From Neoconidiobolus thromboides FSU 785 (taxonomy: Eukaryota; Fungi; Entomophthoromycota): a stretch of DNA of 64,000 nt. The stretch spans positions 82,987 to 146,986 of the forward strand of contig MU626290.1 of the NCBI GenBank assembly GCA_025603075.1. Reading direction: 5' to 3'. The position numbers and the translations under genes are program-made. The notes below the pieces were generated by a model. The model ran no database searches. It was not told the DNA's origin and worked only from the letters and a program-made list of their open reading frames with translations. Positions 37,361-50,392 of the stretch are shown in pieces. Within the stretch, counting starts at the first letter, position 1, and each line of letters begins with the position of its first letter.

Positions 37361-39616
37361 TCACGAGTTTCTTAAACCTCTATGATTACCATTTGCATTA
37401 ACTTGAGAATTTGGACCTCTAATTTGAGACAAGTTGGTGTTCGAAGAGGTATTCTGTCTATTAGGATTGAACAGAGCTTCATTAGCCAAAAATTTATAAT
37501 TAAGTATCTCTAACAATCTTATAGTTTCATCAAGTCCATCCCATGATGAATAGGCATCCTTATTGGAATTTTTAGACTTTAATTTCTTTAATTCATAAGT
37601 TGTTTCCATTAAACATATCCCAAGCTCATAATATAACTCTGTATTAATAGCATTAACGCATTTTATGAAATCACTCCAATTGGTTTCATCTGATAATCTT
37701 TTAACTAATAGTTTAAAGAACACTACCCCTTCTTTATTGTTTTCAGTAAATAGCTGTACTAAAGTTTGATGGTCAAACTTATTATGTTGGAAATACCTTA
37801 ATATCAAATAGTCTGGTTTACATAATTCATTTAATTTAGTAACCAATTCTCTAAAATACATATTAAATACCATAAATAGAGAATATCAGCTACCAATTAC
37901 CTTTCATTTTCTATTTGGTATTCGGGACTATTGAATATCTTTTTGATATTTTCATCGATATGAATCAGAATAACTAATAGCGTATACAAAGAAGGTTCGG
38001 ATACTAAAAATAAAAAGAATAACGAATTGAATTCTTTTTCGATCGAAAATACAGTTGGATCATTTTTAATATTAATTACTTTGGTTATATATTCTCCTAA
38101 TTTATGTATTTGATCTCTCAGTTCTGGTGAAGATTTAGTTCGTTCATCCAGTTGATGATGTAAATACACTCGTATTCCAGTTGCTCCCGTTAATATTGCC
38201 ATTCTTGTATTTTCATAGTCAAATAATTCATCTTTATCTAATTCCTGACTTTTGATTGTGATAAATCCACATGTTGCTTCTTCATTGTATTTAAGCCATT
38301 TCTCAGTATCCATCACTTCTGTCACTCTACTTACATATCTAGTTAAACATGTCAAGACCAATTCCCACTAAAAAATAGATTAAACTAAATTTGTAGTACT
38401 ATCTTGCAGGTACTTACCACCGAGAATTTTACTAAGGTACTATGGACTAGTATATCACATAATTCCAATCTTTTGCGGTTGATATATCTAATATCCCATA
38501 CATCTCGATCAACCTTATATTTATTATAAATAATACTATTCATATAAGATAAATTACCATCTTCTTTGAAAAATTCTTTATATGACTCCCACTTTCATCT
38601 GAAAGGAAAGGTGTTTTCTTGTTTAAATCGATGGAAAACATCAAAAAATAATACTCTAAATCTGGGAATTTGACCTAATAAAAAGTATTAAATTACATTA
38701 CTCAATAGAAATGCAAGTTTACCAATAGGTCCTCAAAAACTTGTATTAAAGAATTGCAATTCAGTTTTAAATGTAAATTTCTCAACAATTGCCCATATCC
38801 ATATTTGGGATCGCTATATACTAATTGTTGATGTCGATTTTTACGAAAATATTTTAGAATCAAATGATATAAGCTTAATCCGTTTTTTATAGTACTATTA
38901 ATATTAGTTTTATTAACATCAATTTTGGCTCTTTCTTTATCTATAATAACATCTGGCCTTATTTCACCTCGCATAGCATAAAATACATTATACAATATTG
39001 GTTGACAGTGGTACTTAAATTTTTGTTAGTATGAATTTATTGCTTGCTTTATACTACTGAATTTTACTTCATTTCCAGACAAGCCAACATTTACCACAAT
39101 AAATTGATAAATCAACCGAACTGAAGCATAATTCAAAAACTTATCTGAAGTTAATAACCAAATATAAGGCTGATATGAAAATAAACAATGAGTAAATAAT
39201 AATAGAATTATATTACTAGCCGCATCATTAACTCCTTTAATTGCTTTTCTTTTTGTTTAATACAAAACTCCCAAAACTCTTTTCCTTTATTTTTTTGCTT
39301 CAAAAATAGCTCAATGTTACCCAAGTAGACTATCAACTTAGTTTCAGCTAACTCCTTTCCTTCTACTTCTTGGAAATAGCTTTTTGATTCTTCTATGTAT
39401 TCATTGATATACTTAGTAATGATCTAAACCTTGTTAATTTATTACTACTTCTTAGACTAAGCCATTTACCTCATACGAATAATCAACTAAACATTCTAAA
39501 TAGCTTTTTTCATCAAAATCGTTTAAGTTTTTATATTCAAAATACGATTTTAATACATCTTCTTTAGAATACTTTTTCCCATTTTTAATTTCCTGATTTC
39601 TACCTTCATCACTCAT
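37361..39616 (-). CDS. Multi-exon hypothetical helical protein; C-terminus weakly resembles the Lines C-terminal domain
   Basis: Consecutive ORF segments joined by GT-AG introns from ATG 39616; FDHQTLVQLF...NWSDF...IRLLE pattern is only suggestive. Confidence 0.6.
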
Positions 39617-39725
39617 TTGTTGCTAATTTTTATAAAAATGATCTTTTTAAAAAGCAAACTTTTTAAGTTGATGTTTATTAGTTTTTTTTTAAAATTTATA
39701 TTTTATAGCTCCATACAACCAACAA

Positions 39726-39807
39726 GTCAATTTGGCCGAGCGGTCTAAGGCGTTGCACTTAAGATGCAATCTCGAGAGAGGCGTGGGTTCGAACCCCACA
39801 GTTGACA
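39726..39807 (+). tRNA. tRNA-Leu: tRNA-Leu (anticodon UAA)
   Basis: Acceptor stem GTCAATT/AGTTGAC, A-box TGGCCGAGCGGTCTAAGG, anticodon arm TTGCA-CTTAAGA-TGCAA, long variable arm, GGTTCGAACCC B-box, T-run terminator. Confidence 0.95.
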
Positions 39808-39837
39808 TTTTATACCAGTCCCTTTTTCCTCCAATAT

Positions 39838-39927
39838 GGGGATGTATTCAAGAATTTACTAACAATTTTTCCACGTAAAATAGAGCTTAAAAGATGAAAA
39901 AGCAATGAGGCAAAAAAAAACATCCCT
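39838..39927 (+). mobile_element. MITE copy 16 (small internal deletion)
   Basis: AT|GGGGATGT...CATCCCT|AT, 30 bp downstream of the tRNA. Confidence 0.87.
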
Positions 39928-40272
39928 ATGTTGTAAATCTATAAATTATCCTTTTACTTAATTTAAAAGCATTGACAAAATCAAATGAATTATATATTCT
40001 GGTAATAAACTTTAATCTCAAGATGTAAATCATTTATTAGATTATATTACAATAAAGTAGTATTATGTTTCCTAATTCATCAATTTCATAAAAAGTAAAT
40101 CCAAAGAATATAAAAAATAAAGTGAAAAAGTTAAATAATTATAACTAATCTTAATAGCAATTTATTAACTTTACATCAAACCTATTCTACTTTTACTTTA
40201 GATTACTATAAACGTTAGTAAAAATAACACCAAGTTATTAACCATGTGCTGCTTCCATTTAGTACCCTTGCA

Positions 40273-41637
40273 TTAAATTTCTAAATTATAATGTTCTTCT
40301 TGAATATTAGGCAAAATTAAGAACACATCCGTACCATATCCTTCCAATGATTGCAGCTCTAAACCTCCTCCAAAATACTCAGCATAAACTTTTGTCATAG
40401 GTAATCCTAATAAATAATATTAAAAGGAATTTTGGATCATAATTTTATTAATCTCACCATATCCTAAACCAGCTATATATATTAAAAAATAACAATAAAT
40501 AAAATAATCAAAATAAAATAAAATAAAAGTTACCCATTGGACCACCAATACCCGCTTGCATTGAAAGTTTACTTTGTACACTAAATATTGAGTCATCTTC
40601 ATTATCTAGACTAGGTACCGTTGTGTATGAATACTTAAATATATTCTTAAGATCTGATGATGGAATACCACCTCCCTGATCTCTAATTCTAATACAGATA
40701 TGTGATTTTTCTTGTGAAAATGTTATAGCTACCGGCGGCATTTCCCTATCGTCATTCTTCTTCTTTTGATAGCATTCTACTGTTGCCCTAAAAGCATTCT
40801 TTAACAATTCAATAGCAATATATTCCAAATGAATAGGTGCGTATTTAAATTTAGCATCTGTATGTCCATCATATATTACTTCAGGTGATTCACCATAATT
40901 TACTTCGCATATTTGTGACACCTGATTAACCACTGACTTGAATAACTGATATGGCGACAATTTTGTATTCATAATACCAACATAATCTGGATGAGATTCT
41001 TGATGTAAAGCCAAATGTTGTTCAGCAATCAAACGAATACTGATACGTGCTCTTATCATTTCATTTAGAAAATTATCGATCTCTTCTTGTTTTAAATAAG
41101 GTTGACACTCTCTAAACCCTTGTGCTAATTTTGGGATTACATCCGCATGGCTTTCTACTAAATTTAATAACTGCTCTGTAAATTTTTTATCTTGTTCTGC
41201 AGAATAAATCGAGGGCTGTCTTCTCAAAGTTTCAAATGAATCATAATATAGCTTATAAACTGTAGACAAATGTGGATTCAATCCTACTATATATGGTAAA
41301 CTTTGAAATGCTAATACTCGTTTTGCTAACCTTGGGGTTAGCTCATTTAATGTATATTGTCCTGATTGGATCAATTTTTCTTGTTCTAATGGTGGCCTTC
41401 CAAACTGCAATAAATCTTGTAGTCTTACTGTACCTATATTTTTACTTCCATACTAGCAAAGGAATAAATATTAGTAAAATTTAAATCTTTAAATGCATTT
41501 ACTTTTGGCACTTCTTGATCATAAAATGAGACGACTTTTTGAGGTGATTTATAACTTCTCGTTTGTTGTATTATATTTGTTGCTAATAATCCTTTTGTTA
41601 TTTTATTAACTTTAGTTGGTATTACCCGCAATCTCAT
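40273..41637 (-). CDS. Mitochondrial alpha-ketoacid (branched-chain/pyruvate) dehydrogenase kinase; 3 exons
   Basis: [32 protein letters not shown] (N-box), RIRDQGGGI (G1), [18 protein letters not shown] (G2). Confidence 0.92.
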
Positions 41638-42117
41638 ATTAAAAAGATAAAAGTTATAAAAGTTTTATTTCTATCTTATGTGACGTTGGATTAAGTCACT
41701 CTTTTTTGCAAGAAACTTGCAAGTTTTTTGCACATTTGTTTGTTAATTAATCCGAAATTTTTAGTGAATTTTATCTTGACTCATTCTAATTAAATATTAC
41801 TCCTTAAACTTTAATTTTATAAATAGCAATAACTTAAAATAAATTTTGAACTTGCTACCTTTTTGAATGCTAATTGAATATTCATAATTATAAATTGTAT
41901 TCAAGTGCCAGCACAGCATATCTATTAACAACATAAATTTATTAGCATATATCACTATAGATAATAAATACATACTCTGAAAATTTCAAGATAATATTCT
42001 TTAAATATTTATTAAAATTTAAATTTTAAAAATTAACAAATTTTTATTAATTAAAATATTAATTTTTTGATTACAAGTATAATAAGTTAGTAGTATAGAT
42101 AAATGAAATTTCATGAT

Positions 42118-43470
42118 TTAAGGATGATCCTTTCTATAGTCAGCTATTAATCCAATAACAGCATCAATTGACCCAAAGATAACACAAACAACGGCAACAA
42201 CTAAAATGAGAGCAATCCAAAGGTATTCATACCAAGGACGTCCACGGATACCGAAAAGCTTAAGATGACAAAGGGTAGGCACTAAAAAGATCAACATACA
42301 TTCAGAGATAGCACCAACTAAAGACATAAGATTTCCAAAGTATGGAATAACATTACCAATAACCACTAATACAACAACAATAAAAGTACGTAAAACTAAA
42401 CGGCAAATAAATTCTTTAAATTTTCCAAGTTTTTCAACATTAATGTTTAACCATCTCTCAATTTCTAAAGCAAAGGAGCATAAAAACACAGGTGATGCAC
42501 ATAATACGTGGCAAGAAATCAAAATAACAGCAGCAGTTTTAGCATTGACATCAGGGAGATTTTTGAAAATTGGAGATAAAGTTTGATCTCCATAAACATA
42601 ATAACATACACCAGCAATAAGAGCGTATAAAACAAGGGCAGTGGCAGTGGCAGCAACTAAAATATAGTTCCAATGTTCTGGTTTTTTCATAGAACGATAA
42701 ACATGTGGGTAAACAACAGTACCACCATAAGAGAAACAAATAGTTGAGAGAGCAATTGGGATACCAGTCCAATTTACATCTTCATAAACTGGAGCTTTGG
42801 TGATATTTGGGAGATCCATGATACCTAAGGTAACTGAAACAATAACTACAACTACGGTTGATAATGTACCAAACACTGAAATTAAAGCAACTTCTTGAAT
42901 TGTTTTAAGTAATACGAATGGAACCCAAACAATAAGACCCGCTATTATAATCCACCAAACTTGACTAATTTCATTTCCATTGGCATCAGCAATACTTTTA
43001 AAGTTGGTACCAGCTAATACCAAATAAAGAGTAACACCACCACAAATAATAGAATATTGACAAAATTGAACAACAGTACGACCAAGGATACCAAAAGAAG
43101 CATAACCAACATCAGGATAAGTTTCCATTTTATGTTTGGGATTTTTAACATTCATACATTTTACTAGTAAATTACCAGTATAAATACAAAATAAAGCAGA
43201 GATAATAATTAATCCCATTCCAAGCCAACCACCTTGTTTTAATGCAGCTGGTAAACCTAAGGTACCTGAACCGGCAAGAGCATTAATTAAATTGAAGTAA
43301 GCACCAAAAGTAGATCCGTTTCCTCTTTTTATTTCTTCCTCTCCATTGTATTCACCCTTTTCATTATTTGGGTCATAAGCAACACCCACATCAAACTCTT
43401 TATTTAAATTTTTAGACATTGATAATTCAAATTCGTGATCACTACTAAAAGTCGAATAATTAGATACCAT
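42118..43470 (-). CDS. AAAP/Aa_trans-family amino acid transporter (AVT-like)
   Basis: ALAGSGTLGLPAALKQGGW, YPDVGYASFG, ICFSYGG.VVYP, IPYFGNLMSLVGA; about 11 TM segments; an upstream GT-AG intron appears to be in the 5' UTR. Confidence 0.92.
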   Translation of the reverse strand: MVSNYSTFSSDHEFELSMSKNLNKEFDVGVAYDPNNEKGEYNGEEEIKRGNGSTFGAYFNLINALAGSGTLGLPAALKQGGWLGMGLIIISALFCIYTGNLLVKCMNVKNPKHKMETYPDVGYASFGILGRTVVQFCQYSIICGGVTLYLVLAGTNFKSIADANGNEISQVWWIIIAGLIVWVPFVLLKTIQEVALISVFGTLSTVVVVIVSVTLGIMDLPNITKAPVYEDVNWTGIPIALSTICFSYGGTVVYPHVYRSMKKPEHWNYILVAATATALVLYALIAGVCYYVYGDQTLSPIFKNLPDVNAKTAAVILISCHVLCASPVFLCSFALEIERWLNINVEKLGKFKEFICRLVLRTFIVVVLVVIGNVIPYFGNLMSLVGAISECMLIFLVPTLCHLKLFGIRGRPWYEYLWIALILVVAVVCVIFGSIDAVIGLIADYRKDHP

Positions 43471-45585
43471 ACTTATAAACAATATATACAAAAACAAAAA
43501 AATAACAAAGAAAAATAGAAGTGAAATTATTTTTTATAAAATACTTACGTTATAACTGCTTATATATTAAATTCAGATGATGAACTTAATTAAAAATTTA
43601 ATATTTGAATTAATGTTTTGGTTACCATGTGAGTTAATTTATACTGTTTTATCTTCAATTTTAGCTAAATTCTTATTGTAATTTTACTTTTTAGTGGTTT
43701 TTTTTAAGATTAGTTAATTTAATATTGAAATTGCACCATCGCTTATAGAATTGGCATCATTTTCAACTTGTATTTTTAATATTTCTTCTTTAAAGGAATA
43801 GAAAGATTATTAAATTATAAATAAATAACTTCACTTACTAAATCACGTATTTTTACCCTTAAATCCCTTATCATTCTACCAAATTTCTAATTTTTAAGAA
43901 GTTTCAAATAATAACTTGTTCATTTTGCAACATTAACATATCAAATTTTATTTAAGTTTTGCATCATCTTATATCAATGTTATTCTATAAATAAAAATTC
44001 AATATATAAATCATATAAATTATATAGTCATTATTGTAATAATTATATAAAAAAGATGGATTAAATATAACAATAATTTGAGTTTGCATTGTTAATAATA
44101 ATATGTCAAAATCGGAATATGAGATTAGTAAATTTAATTGACAGATTATCTAATTAAAATAAATTCAATATAGAGATTAGTAATCTTATACTCAAATTTT
44201 GACATTTTTATTTCTCTTATTTTATTTCTATTTTTTACACAGAAGACAAACCTTATTTTCAATAATTTTTTATTATAAAGTTAGTATTTAATGTCTATTT
44301 TATTCAATTTTAATAACCACTTTTTATAAAATAATATAGCTTACTATTAAATCTTATACTTACTTTAATAATCCTTTTATTTATCACATATCTTTCTTAA
44401 TATTTTATTATTATAAGATCCCTTAACTATAAATTATAATAGAACCATAAAATTAGACCATCAAATCATTTAATCAACTAAATAATATATAAAATTTACT
44501 TTGTAAATTAAACATTAGAATTCAAGTTATAATTTGTTACCTTATACATATAGTTTACAATATTAGAAGACTGTTGTTAGCGCGCTATAATGTTATTCAA
44601 ATTTAAAGAATATTCACCATCAAAAAATACTCTCGCTGTTATTTTTGCTGCTTTTTTTTTCTAGATTTTTTATGCAATTAATAAATTCAAAATAACTGTG
44701 AATCTTAATTAGCAGTTTCCTGCTATTAAAAAGCTTAGCTAACTAAACATTAAAGTGGAAGAAAAACCAATTTCCTTCTGTCTGGTATCTATCTCTCCAC
44801 TCACGATTTTATTTAAATATGTAAATTAGCCACTATTGAGTTACTTGTATCTTAAGAATATAAAAATAATTATGCAAATAGTAATTAAAATTATTTCTAC
44901 CGAGCTATAAATTCTAGACGGAACTTTAATTTTACAACTTTATGCTATGATTTTATTGGTTGATTTCAAAAAAGTAAAGTTGAATGGAAATAAATAATTA
45001 TTTATTTTTATTGCATCTAGTCCAGAGTCCTTTAATTTATAAGTCCAAATACCAACTACTAAATTTATAATGTTGAGGTTGATTGTTACAGTCATCAAAA
45101 TTTTATATAGCTTTTTAGTATTTATTTTTAAGATAGAATAAAATAAGTGTAAATTTTGTGAATTTTTATTATATTTAGTCCAGGTTTCTTAGATCGAAAC
45201 ATTAAATATTTAGTAATTGACATTTGCACTTATAAATCATTGATATGGTCATAAGAAAGGCCGTGAAGTTATTTTGTAATGATTTTTTTAATAACTCAAT
45301 GTGTAAGAGACTGTACCTTTGTTGAAGATTAAATGAAGTTAAGAGAAATCGGAGAGAAATCAAAACGGAATAAGTCTTCAGTGAGGAGAAATACTAAAGG
45401 TAAACAGGTTAGTTATATGGAGAACTTTGACGATTTATCTTGAATTTTGCAATATTTTAAATTGGAATAAAATAATAATATGGGCAACAATGAATAGTTA
45501 TCTATTGTTGAAATTGAAAAAATAATGTTAAGTCTATTTAACTAAAAACAAATGATAATTTATATTATACATAATATTAATATAT

Positions 45586-45681
45586 GAGGATGTTTTTTTT
45601 GTTTAAGAATTTTACTAACAACCTTTCCACTCAAACAGCGCTTAAAAATGGAAAAGTAATGAAATCAAAAAAAACATCCCC
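45586..45681 (+). mobile_element. MITE copy 17
   Basis: AT|GAGGATGT...ACATCCCC|AT. Confidence 0.9.
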
Positions 45682-45872
45682 ATATATATATATAATTTAA
45701 TTAATATACAAATGATGAAATGTATTGAGTTCAGTCATAAACTAAAACAATTATTGTTTTGTCAATTAGATGAAAATAACTTTTTACTACTTTTTCATAT
45801 CTTAACGCACACTTGTAAACTAAAATCTCCTTACTAATCAAAATAACTAACAATAATGATTATATTTCATAT

Positions 45873-45964
45873 GGTAATCCTTTTGATCTCATCACTTTTT
45901 CATTTTTAAGCGCTGTTTGAGTAGAAAGGTTGTTAGTAAAAACCTTAAACAAAAAAACATCCTC
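45873..45964 (-). mobile_element. MITE copy 18 (inverted partner of copy 17)
   Basis: Reverse core; inner TIR eroded. Confidence 0.85.
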
Positions 45965-46613
45965 AAATGTTAAGACTGAAAAACATTATTGAATGCATTT
46001 TTAGTTATTTTGCTCATGTTCTAAAAAGCATAAAAATTAAAACGAGTACCAGTAAAATTCTTAAAAAAACAATAAGGATTAGCTGAGTTATAAAATACAT
46101 TATAAAATAATAAGAGTACTACGCTATTATTATTAACTCGAAAACTATAAATATCTCGAATGTTAACCAAAAAATAAATTTTGAAAATAAAAATTAATGG
46201 GAATATAGTACACATTAGTTATTATACTTCATAGTTTATAGTCTATTCAAAAGTGTAAAATTAGTAAGTACATCGGAATAAAGGTTTATCCATAAAACTC
46301 AAATATCATACTCATATTATTTTTTATTTACATTAATAGATTATTACCTAATTTCTTGTAGTTATAGAATGAAATTAAATGTATATTTACAATAATTAAA
46401 TAGGCATTAAGTATCATAATTCAATATTGATTTTGAATCCGAAATTTAGCTCTAGTTTGTATAAATTTTAGTGTCTAAGAAAACAACAAAATGGAGTAAA
46501 AAATAAAAGCCAATCAAATGCAAGAAAGCTATATGACAAAGTAAGCTATTATTTTAGTTAAAGATATCTCTATCCTTAATTTTTTGTAAAAAGTTTGAGA
46601 GGTTGATTTTATA

Positions 46614-49033
46614 ATGGCAGAAAAAAGAGTATATGTTGTTAATTATTATGATCGTAACAGTCATAAAAATGATTGTGAAGAAACCAATGCTAATGGAAAA
46701 CTTAAATATGCTAAGGCTATTTTTAATCCGGATTTAGATGAAGGTAATAAATCTATTCTTACTATATAAGTCATGATAGAAATAAAAAATAGTTTTGACA
46801 TAATTACTGTTATTTAATTCATTATATATATATATATATATGCGTGTTTTAATTTTACTAATATATTAATATTATAATTAAGGAATGTGGCTAATGCTTA
46901 AATTCAAATAGGTACTGCAATAAAACTAGCAGAAGAGAGGTTGGAGAAACTTAATGAAAGTTTTAGATTACATATTAGAAAGGAGATGATAAAGAATCCA
47001 TTTACTGATTTAAGAAGTTTGTTTGAAAAGTATCAATATTTTATGAAAAAAATTTATCAAGATTTAAATTTATTACCACCAATTGAAGTATTAACTTTTA
47101 TTCAAAGAAACAAAAATGTATTAGGTAAATTACCAGAGAGGTTTAATCCAAAAAAGCATCCAAAGCCAATAGTTATAAATTCAGGTAATTATGTTATTAC
47201 AACTGTATAATTTTGTATAATATTTTATAATATTTTATAATAGATTTAATTAAAACAAATCAAATGGAAAGATCAAGTATGTTTTTAAGTAATTTTTTAC
47301 CAAATAAAATCAAAAATAGTAATGAAGTAATAAAGAAGAATGGATTATTTGGACCACAAACATTTACAATTGATAAATTACAAAATAAATTTCAAGAAAA
47401 TTTAAATAAAAATAAAATAGATGATTTAACAGAACCTATTGAAAGTAAAGAATATACATTTGGTGGATCAAAAATCCAGGTTATTAAATATCCGAATGGT
47501 ATAACTAAAAGTCAAGTTATTGAAACAAAAAATAATACTGATTCAAATAAGATGAATAAAGAGAATCAGAATAATATGTTCGGAAGTAATAATAATTCAA
47601 ACCATTTCTCAATGGAGAATGGAAAGTTAAAGTATAATGGTTTATTTAATAACTTTACACTGGAAAATAATAATAATAATGAAACTTCCAATTTCAAATC
47701 AATATTTGATACTACATTTAATGATGATAAAACAAAAATAAAATTAAACAATAAAGATGAATGGGAAAATAAAACAGAAGAAGAAAAATATGAAGAATTT
47801 ATAAGAGTGCAATCCATTTATAGTAAATATAAAAACAACCCATTAGAAGGTATGGATTTTAAAACATTAATGAATATAAAAAATAAAGAAGATAATAAAG
47901 AGAAATTGGAATTTAAATCCATATTTCATAATAATAATAAAAATAGTATTCATGAAAATATTAAAGAAAATTTAAATTTAAATTTAAATTCAACATTTTC
48001 AAGTAATAAAAGGATGTATAATGACAAATCTAATTTTAATTCAATATTTAGTGATATTAATAAAGAAAATAACAATGAAAGTAAAGAACAAATTAGACTT
48101 AATCCAATATTTAATAAACAATCAAAAGATAATACTAATTTTAATCAAATATTTGAAGATAATATAAAATCAAAGGATTATAATAATACAAATATTATAA
48201 ATAAAGATAAATTAAAATTTAATGGAATATTTAATAATAATAATAATATAAAGATAAATAAATTAGAGGATATTAATAATAATAATGAAGAGATTGATCA
48301 AACGATTGATCGAATGGCAGTTTCCTTTAATAATTTAAATTTATTAGAAAATAAAGAATCAAACAGAACAACAACGACATTAAATAATAATATTAGTAAT
48401 ATTTCAATTAATAAAGATACAACAACAACAAATTCAATTCATGATATTAAGAAATTGAATTTTAATTTTAATTCATTACAATTACCTTCTATTTCAGATA
48501 AAAAAAGAGAAAATGAATTAACTTTTAATGGAGATTATGAAATTCCATCAGAAATAGACATTAAATTTAATTCATTTAATAATCAAGAAACAGAAGAAAT
48601 AAGATTAAAAAATGAATCTAAAAAATATATTAATCAATTAAATTTGATTAATAATTCATTAAATAATATTACTAAAAATAATAAAAATAATACATTTAAT
48701 GGATTTACTAATATGTTCAATAATAATGATAATAATAATTTGAATGGAGTTTCTAATTCATTAAAATCAACTTTTGTTTCTTATTTTACACCTTTTAATA
48801 ATAATAAAAATGGAAAAATGAATGATAATATTGAAATTGAACCGGAAACAAAAGAAAATTTAATTCCAGTAACTTATCAACTTAATAAATCCTTTATTGA
48901 AAATGAAACAACATTAAATAAACAAATAAATCATTTAAATGGAAGAGAAAGAGAGAATAATGAAGAGGAAATTAATGTTAATAATAATAATAATGATAAT
49001 AATAATAATAATTTAGAAGATATTGATGAATAA
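46614..49033 (+). CDS. Nup50/Nup2-like N-terminus followed by a long Asn-rich disordered region; 3 exons
   Basis: MAEKR...DRN start and LEKLNESFRLHIRKEMIKNPFTDLRSLFEKY recall Nup50/Nup61 motifs; 589-codon low-complexity last exon. Confidence 0.5.
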
Positions 49034-49129
49034 ATATTATTATCTAAATTATAATAATAAAAATTAATTATTAACTTTATATGATTTTAATTATTCATTG
49101 ATTAATTATTAATTTTATTTATTTAAACT

Positions 49130-49309
49130 TTAATCTTCCCATAAAATTTCAATTAATTGTAAATAAATTGAATCATTAAAATAAATTGGTGAATATAATA
49201 AAATATCAGGCCATAATAAATATTTAAAATAAAATTGAGATTCTATTGATGGTTCATAATGTAATAATTTCATTTCTTTAGACTAAAAATAAAAAATAAA
49301 AAATAATGA

Positions 49310-49343
<34 letters not shown>

Positions 49344-50342
49344 TAAGAGTATAATAATTAATAACTTACCAATTCATTATCAAATATCATAGTTCTTAAT
49401 AAATTCGAAATTTTTAAGGTAACTTCTTCCACAGTAATAGAATTATTATTATCCTGATTATTATCCAAAATCAATTGAAATGGTTTACAAAACTAAAAAA
49501 AGGAGATAATTTAATATTTGATATTTAACAAAAAAGAAAAAACTTAATATTATATTTACCTGTTTCAATCTTATTGTAACTTGCTTTATGAAGGGGTGTT
49601 TTTCAAAAGATTCAATTAAATTTAAATTTTGTAATAATCCGTAAATTAAATTAGTAGCTTGAATTTTTTGTAATTGAATATTTAACAATATAGAATGAAA
49701 TAATAAACAAATTAATTCTTCATAATTATTAATACCAATTAGTTTATCTTCTCTTCTTTTTTCAATATTTTGTCCCAATTTAATTCGTTTCTTATTAATT
49801 AATTCAATAAATCTAATAAAAAATTAATATAAGAATTGTAAGAATTAATTAGAACTTAATTATTGAAATGAGATAAAATTAGAAATAAAAACTTCCATTA
49901 TTACCTAAATAATTTTTGAACTACTAAGGAAGTTAAATTATTACAATAAGGTAATATATTTAGTAAGGTAGCCATCCCTATAGAATAAGCAAATTGATCC
50001 TAATATTAATTAAAATTAGTAAATATAGATTCAATTATAAAACTATACTGTATATTATGTTATATATATTATATATTATATATTATATATTACTAACTTA
50101 TTAAAATACTTACCCTTGGTTCATTTAAATAATGAGTACTATATTTAATTAAGATATGAATCGTTAAATCAGATAATGGTAATTCCATAAACAATCGTGA
50201 AGTTAACCAAATTGGGGGCAGAATAGACTAAAAAATTCGATTAAAAATATTGATATATTTAATTAGCCATAAAAAATTGAAATAATACTACTTTAGTAAT
50301 ATTAGAATAGTATTGTCTATTTATTTATTTAAATAGTTGTAT

Positions 50343-50392
<50 letters not shown>

